In this document: positions 32,619 to 36,754 of the stretch, one piece after another | How positions within the stretch are numbered: position 1 is the first letter of the stretch | Layout: the number at the start of each line of letters is the position of its first letter | NCBI GenBank assembly: GCA_002256025.1 | Contig: NKIB01015284.1 | Coordinates: forward strand, 1-36,754 | Direction of reading: 5' to 3' | Origin: Asterionella formosa | Lineage: Eukaryota | Length of the DNA stretch: 36,754 nt | Notes under the pieces: model-generated | Databases searched by the model: none | What the model was told of the DNA's origin: nothing | Seen by the model: only the letters and a program-made list of their open reading frames with translations | Position numbers and translations under genes: made by a program

Positions 32619-32711
32619 CGAAAACCATTCAAAACGGTCATAGCCTACATTTTTCAGCGAGCATGGTAATATGCAAAAGACTGCAACCCACAAGGGGAAT
32701 AAGTAGTCAGT

Positions 32712-33240
32712 TTTAACCATCATTGCAAGCGATCTCAGTAAAACCGTGTTCAAGCAATTCACTCCCATGGTACCGTTTCTGCCCGACAATTGCTTTGACC
32801 TCATAATCATCGCTAAGGCATGCAGCACGATCAATGGTATAATAGCTCCATACAAAGGCGAAACTTCATTTTTTCATGAAAACGAAGGCAAAAAGTAGCG
32901 AGACCAAAGCCAATTGAGGAAAGCAACTAAGCTCAGCTTAACTTTTATGTTTTTTTAACCTCTTATGGCACGGTGTACTCCAAAGCAGTGTCAAGCCAAA
33001 TGCTCCTGCTAGCGATAGGGATACAGGATGTATACATAACTTTATACTCCTTCCTATGATAGTATTCATCAAGCGGATTCAACACTGGGGTTAGGGGAAA
33101 CATGCGAAATTAGACTTTGTTGTTTTAGCGACATACTTGAAGCAATTCGTTTGTTCTTCTTCAGAAACGTTGAGAGTGTGGTTGGATAAACGTAGATACT
33201 TGTCAGCGGGATTGGAAGTTCGAAAAGGATTGTTTTCTGT
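32712..33240 (-). pseudogene. Possible relic of a membrane-protein gene
   Basis: One minus frame reads TENNPF...VSLSLAGAFGLTLLW...FPQLALVSLLFAFVF...IACNDG* with a few internal stops. Family not recognised. Confidence 0.25.
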
Positions 33241-33399
33241 GTAGTTTATGTACCTATTTTAGTGGTAATTATGCAAATCGCACTATAGCTATTGTGTATC
33301 ATGTGAAAGGCTCAGTGCCTGGTACTAATGCTACATGGTTTGAGGCTCCTACATATGAATACTAAAGCTGACGATGATTTCTTGTACCTGGTACTAAAG

Positions 33400-34400
33400 T
33401 TATCCAGGATTTGCCAGGATCTGCTATTGCACATAAATTACATGATGCAACTGAAAGCAACAGATTATTCCCAAACTCAGGAATATGTCCACATGCTTGA
33501 TTTGTGTCTGTTGTGCCCTGGAGGTGATTGTTAAATCCTAAAAGGGTCTCGTTTAAAGCAAGCCAAACAAAAATGCTTGTCCAATAGGACCAATGGGAAA
33601 CCTTTCCCAAATCGGATAGCTGCTTTTCTGACGACCCTGTCATGTCGTATTTTTCGGGTAGCTCATACCTCGGAGAGAAGATGAAAATTGATATAGCCAC
33701 ACTTTCGGTGTGGGGGAAAAGTCAGAATGCAAGCCAGGTTGTAATCATCTGCAGATACTTTTTCCTTACTGAAGTATCCGACGATGTGTGTTCCATACTC
33801 AATGATATGACAAGTGATGAAAAATAATAATGGATCTGTATCAAATGCGCAATGAATTCAAATACTTTTTTGTATTCACACATGAATGTGTCGCATTTGA
33901 CGTAGACTTTGGGATACAGAGAAAGGTGCAATAAAATTCCACATTGCACCCTCCCATGATGATTTCCTGATATTCTTGAACTTTGTTAGTTCTTATTGCT
34001 CCACTTCTCCTAGTGCTGACACATGTCAATTGCCACCCATGGAAAGAATGGTGGCATGCACCATCGCCACTTGCTGTCGCAGCTTGGGAGTAGCCTTATC
34101 TTCCTCTGATGTTGCTTGATTTATTTCCCATGAAAATTTGCTCAATGGAATTCGCTCATCTAGCTGCAATTTATAGTAGATAAATTACTCAGAGTCATCT
34201 TTGTTTTAGGGATCCACTGGTTTGAGCGTTTTAGGAACTCTGCACTCAATGACTCTGAGCCATAAACATTTTGTGGTCATTTCGCAACCAAACCATGCTT
34301 CATCAGAAAGTGAGATCAACTGATGAAGCTTTAATTGATGAAAGGAAATTTGCAATGTGTTGTTGATATTGTTGCTGCTAGTTAATCTGATCATGCTGGC
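33400..34400 (-). pseudogene. MYST (MOZ/SAS; Esa1/Tip60/MOF-like) histone acetyltransferase pseudogene
   Basis: DPLLFFITCHIIEYGTHIVGYFSKEKVSADDYNLACILTFPPHRKCGY, a frameshift, then GSSEKQLSDLGKVSHWSYW. Upstream TKFKNI. Multiple stops and an apparent internal deletion. Boundaries approximate. Confidence 0.88.
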
Positions 34401-34614
34401 TGACATCTTGCCATTGCAAAGAGGACAAATCTCTGAAAAGAAGCATTTCCTGCAAATCATGGGGGAATTCTTTTTTCATTTGCTATTTTAGTTTTCGCTC
34501 CCATGTGATTACTATTGCTCGTCAACGACTGAGACAATCGTCAATTGCAAACTGCATTTACTGGAGCACAACCCTTGTTTCACTTTTTACGCCTTACAAG
34601 GTCTGCATCTTTGT

Positions 34615-36336
34615 TCAATAATCCTGCAATTTTAATTGATTTCGCTTCGCCTTGCACACATCCGTGGAAGTCCACTGACAACAAACTTGGAAATCTGGGT
34701 TTTCATTCTCTTGGAGGCATTGATTCCAAGAGTTGATGGCAGCTCCACAACCATCCCGTAAGAAGTCAAATAACATCAAGTGAAAATTTGAACAGCAGTT
34801 ACCAATGGAATAGCCTGCATTCAGTTGAATCTGGAGTGAAGACAACATGGACAGCATTATGTCATCCTTGGATATATTCCGATAGTCTGTTGGGAGTCCA
34901 GATCCTGGTGTGACGTCTTTGCTGTTGACGATGAAGCTATAATCAAACGGAAAGTCATTTTTGTTAGACTGAAAGGCTGCCATTTCATCAATCACAATTT
35001 TTGATTCTGTTGTCAACAATATGGTGATGTTCCTCTTAGAAAATTTGTTTTGGTGTTTGACCCAAACTTGTTTCATAATGTTCATATATGTTCCAAAGGT
35101 GAGGCACTCACTCTCAGCAATGCACTTATCAGATGCTCGAATCGGTAAACCAAAGGAATGGTTCGGATCCAAATCCTTTGGAATGACAAGCTCCATTCTC
35201 TTCTTTAGTTGTTGAGTATAGTAGGTATTTGGTCGCATGGCATAAAAGACAGCTGCATGATGTGGTTTTGATAGGGCCCCAATATACTCGTAAGGCCTGT
35301 CCGGAATGGAAGGTTCGATTTGCAACATCAGGTCCAGGGATTTTTGCATGAGCTGCAAAATAAAAGAATCCTTTTCCCTATATTTTATTTCCTTGATCGT
35401 GGTTTCCGCCAACTGTCTAAGTTTCGTCCGAAAGGCATCATCCGGAAAAGGCTTTGGCACCAATGCTAAAGTCATGATTAAAACTCGATCATTCATATGA
35501 CTGATCGGTATTTGACCCTCTCTAAAAATTTTGCGAGTTTCTCCATTCGTCAATTGGTACGCCTCTTCTAACTCTTGTTCTGTGATGACACAAGGAGACA
35601 GTGGCAGGAAGAAGCATTGCATATCCCCCCGGTCACACGAGGCATGCGACCATGGTACTTTGTGATTAAGGAGGAGTGTTGTTCTATTTGTGGCCACCCC
35701 AGCCACTAGTGCATTGAGCGCACCCAGTCTCATGTGAGCTCCAAGTCCAGCATCTTTGGTGAGTTGCACAACAATGAATTTTGCGGTGGGGCATTCAAAG
35801 TCAAAGTTCCCAATGTTGTTTTTCGCCAAAGCGGAAGCACAATAGTTGTGTCTTCGAATTTTTGCTTCCTGTATGGCCGACTGGTGCTGATGTATATGAA
35901 AGCCTAGATAGAAGAATCGAAGGGCCCAAAATTGAATGTCTTGTTCATCGTTGTGGCGAGTCTTGTAGTCTCGAAAGCGACCATTGGTATGACAGATAGT
36001 ATTACCTAGCAAATCCTCCAAGCTCCCCGTTAACAAGCGCGAAGCCAAGTCCAGAATCAGATTGCTTGCCATGGCATCGGGAAGGTCCCTTATATTCCCA
36101 ATTCTCGGTCCTGTTAGCCATGCTGGTGAGTTAAGACTGAAGCATTCGTCAACAGTAGTGGTTTCAATTTGATCTGAAATAGTTGAGTGCTCCTTTGCTT
36201 TTTGCAGCGGAAACTCCGCCTGTTCAAGAATGTTTTCCTGTCCATTGATTTGAACCCATTGGATAAAAAGCCGCACTGTTGAGACGATCACAAGTCCGAT
36301 GCAGCAAAACGCGACACATTTCGTTTTGAGTCGCAT
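34615..36336 (-). CDS. GT23 / alpha-1,6-fucosyltransferase-like type II membrane glycosyltransferase (573 aa)
   Basis: N-terminal TM anchor. AGLGAHMR; FGLPIRASDK (cf. FUT8 HVRRTDK GDP-fucose motif); ILLTTES; IGNCCSNF. Confidence 0.78.
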   Translation of the reverse strand: MRLKTKCVAFCCIGLVIVSTVRLFIQWVQINGQENILEQAEFPLQKAKEHSTISDQIETTTVDECFSLNSPAWLTGPRIGNIRDLPDAMASNLILDLASRLLTGSLEDLLGNTICHTNGRFRDYKTRHNDEQDIQFWALRFFYLGFHIHQHQSAIQEAKIRRHNYCASALAKNNIGNFDFECPTAKFIVVQLTKDAGLGAHMRLGALNALVAGVATNRTTLLLNHKVPWSHASCDRGDMQCFFLPLSPCVITEQELEEAYQLTNGETRKIFREGQIPISHMNDRVLIMTLALVPKPFPDDAFRTKLRQLAETTIKEIKYREKDSFILQLMQKSLDLMLQIEPSIPDRPYEYIGALSKPHHAAVFYAMRPNTYYTQQLKKRMELVIPKDLDPNHSFGLPIRASDKCIAESECLTFGTYMNIMKQVWVKHQNKFSKRNITILLTTESKIVIDEMAAFQSNKNDFPFDYSFIVNSKDVTPGSGLPTDYRNISKDDIMLSMLSSLQIQLNAGYSIGNCCSNFHLMLFDFLRDGCGAAINSWNQCLQENENPDFQVCCQWTSTDVCKAKRNQLKLQDY

Positions 36337-36754
36337 TTCGTGTACGTGAGCGACGAGTAGGCCTGTGGTTTATTAGCAATGTCACATCCCAGTAAGGAAG
36401 CACCAGTATGAGGCTGATTTCAAAGGATCGGTAAAGACGGAATGATGTCACAGCAAGTCGTTGAGCCATGGAATCGCGTCATGGTTACTCAACGCAGAGG
36501 ATGTTGCATGATGTGGTCGTGTATTGCTCGACACTGCCTATTATGGTGTAAATGTTGTTGTTATCTATCCGTGATGCTGAACACTGACGACTAATTCTTT
36601 GTCATACCGGGCACATACGGCCTGGTAGCTTTGATAAGAAAGCACTACTTATGCATGCCGGTAGTTAGTTAGTATCAGATACAGCCATGGTACAGTACAT
36701 ATGTAGGAATCATTGATCAAAGGGCTATTGACTAGATATGGCTGATGTACTTAC

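Overview
Eukaryotic nuclear DNA, most likely a diatom. This is inferred from CoDi-type Ty1/copia motifs, a signal peptide followed by Phe, short GT-AG introns and compact genes. Eight intact-looking genes are present: a probably plastid-targeted protein with 11-mer amphipathic repeats (5837-7987 +), an organellar IF2 with a long repeat-bearing N-extension (11904-15596 +), a type I methionine aminopeptidase (16775-15687 -), a two-exon fasciclin membrane protein (19609-21307 +), a two-exon pyruvate dehydrogenase E2 (23354-21631 -), a 655-aa unknown protein (29596-27629 -), an MntP/YtaF-like membrane protein (32079-32618 +) and a GT23/FUT8-like fucosyltransferase (36336-34615 -). Between them lie two copia relics, two copies of a ~2 kb TIR-like element, a CACTA-like relic with spliced micro-exons, probable pogo-like fragments, a MYST acetyltransferase pseudogene and a 401-nt N gap. 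The most striking unexplained signal is a self-complementary heptamer, (GGTACCW)n, clustered just upstream of most gene starts on either strand and scarce inside coding sequences. All calls were made by eye; no searches were run.
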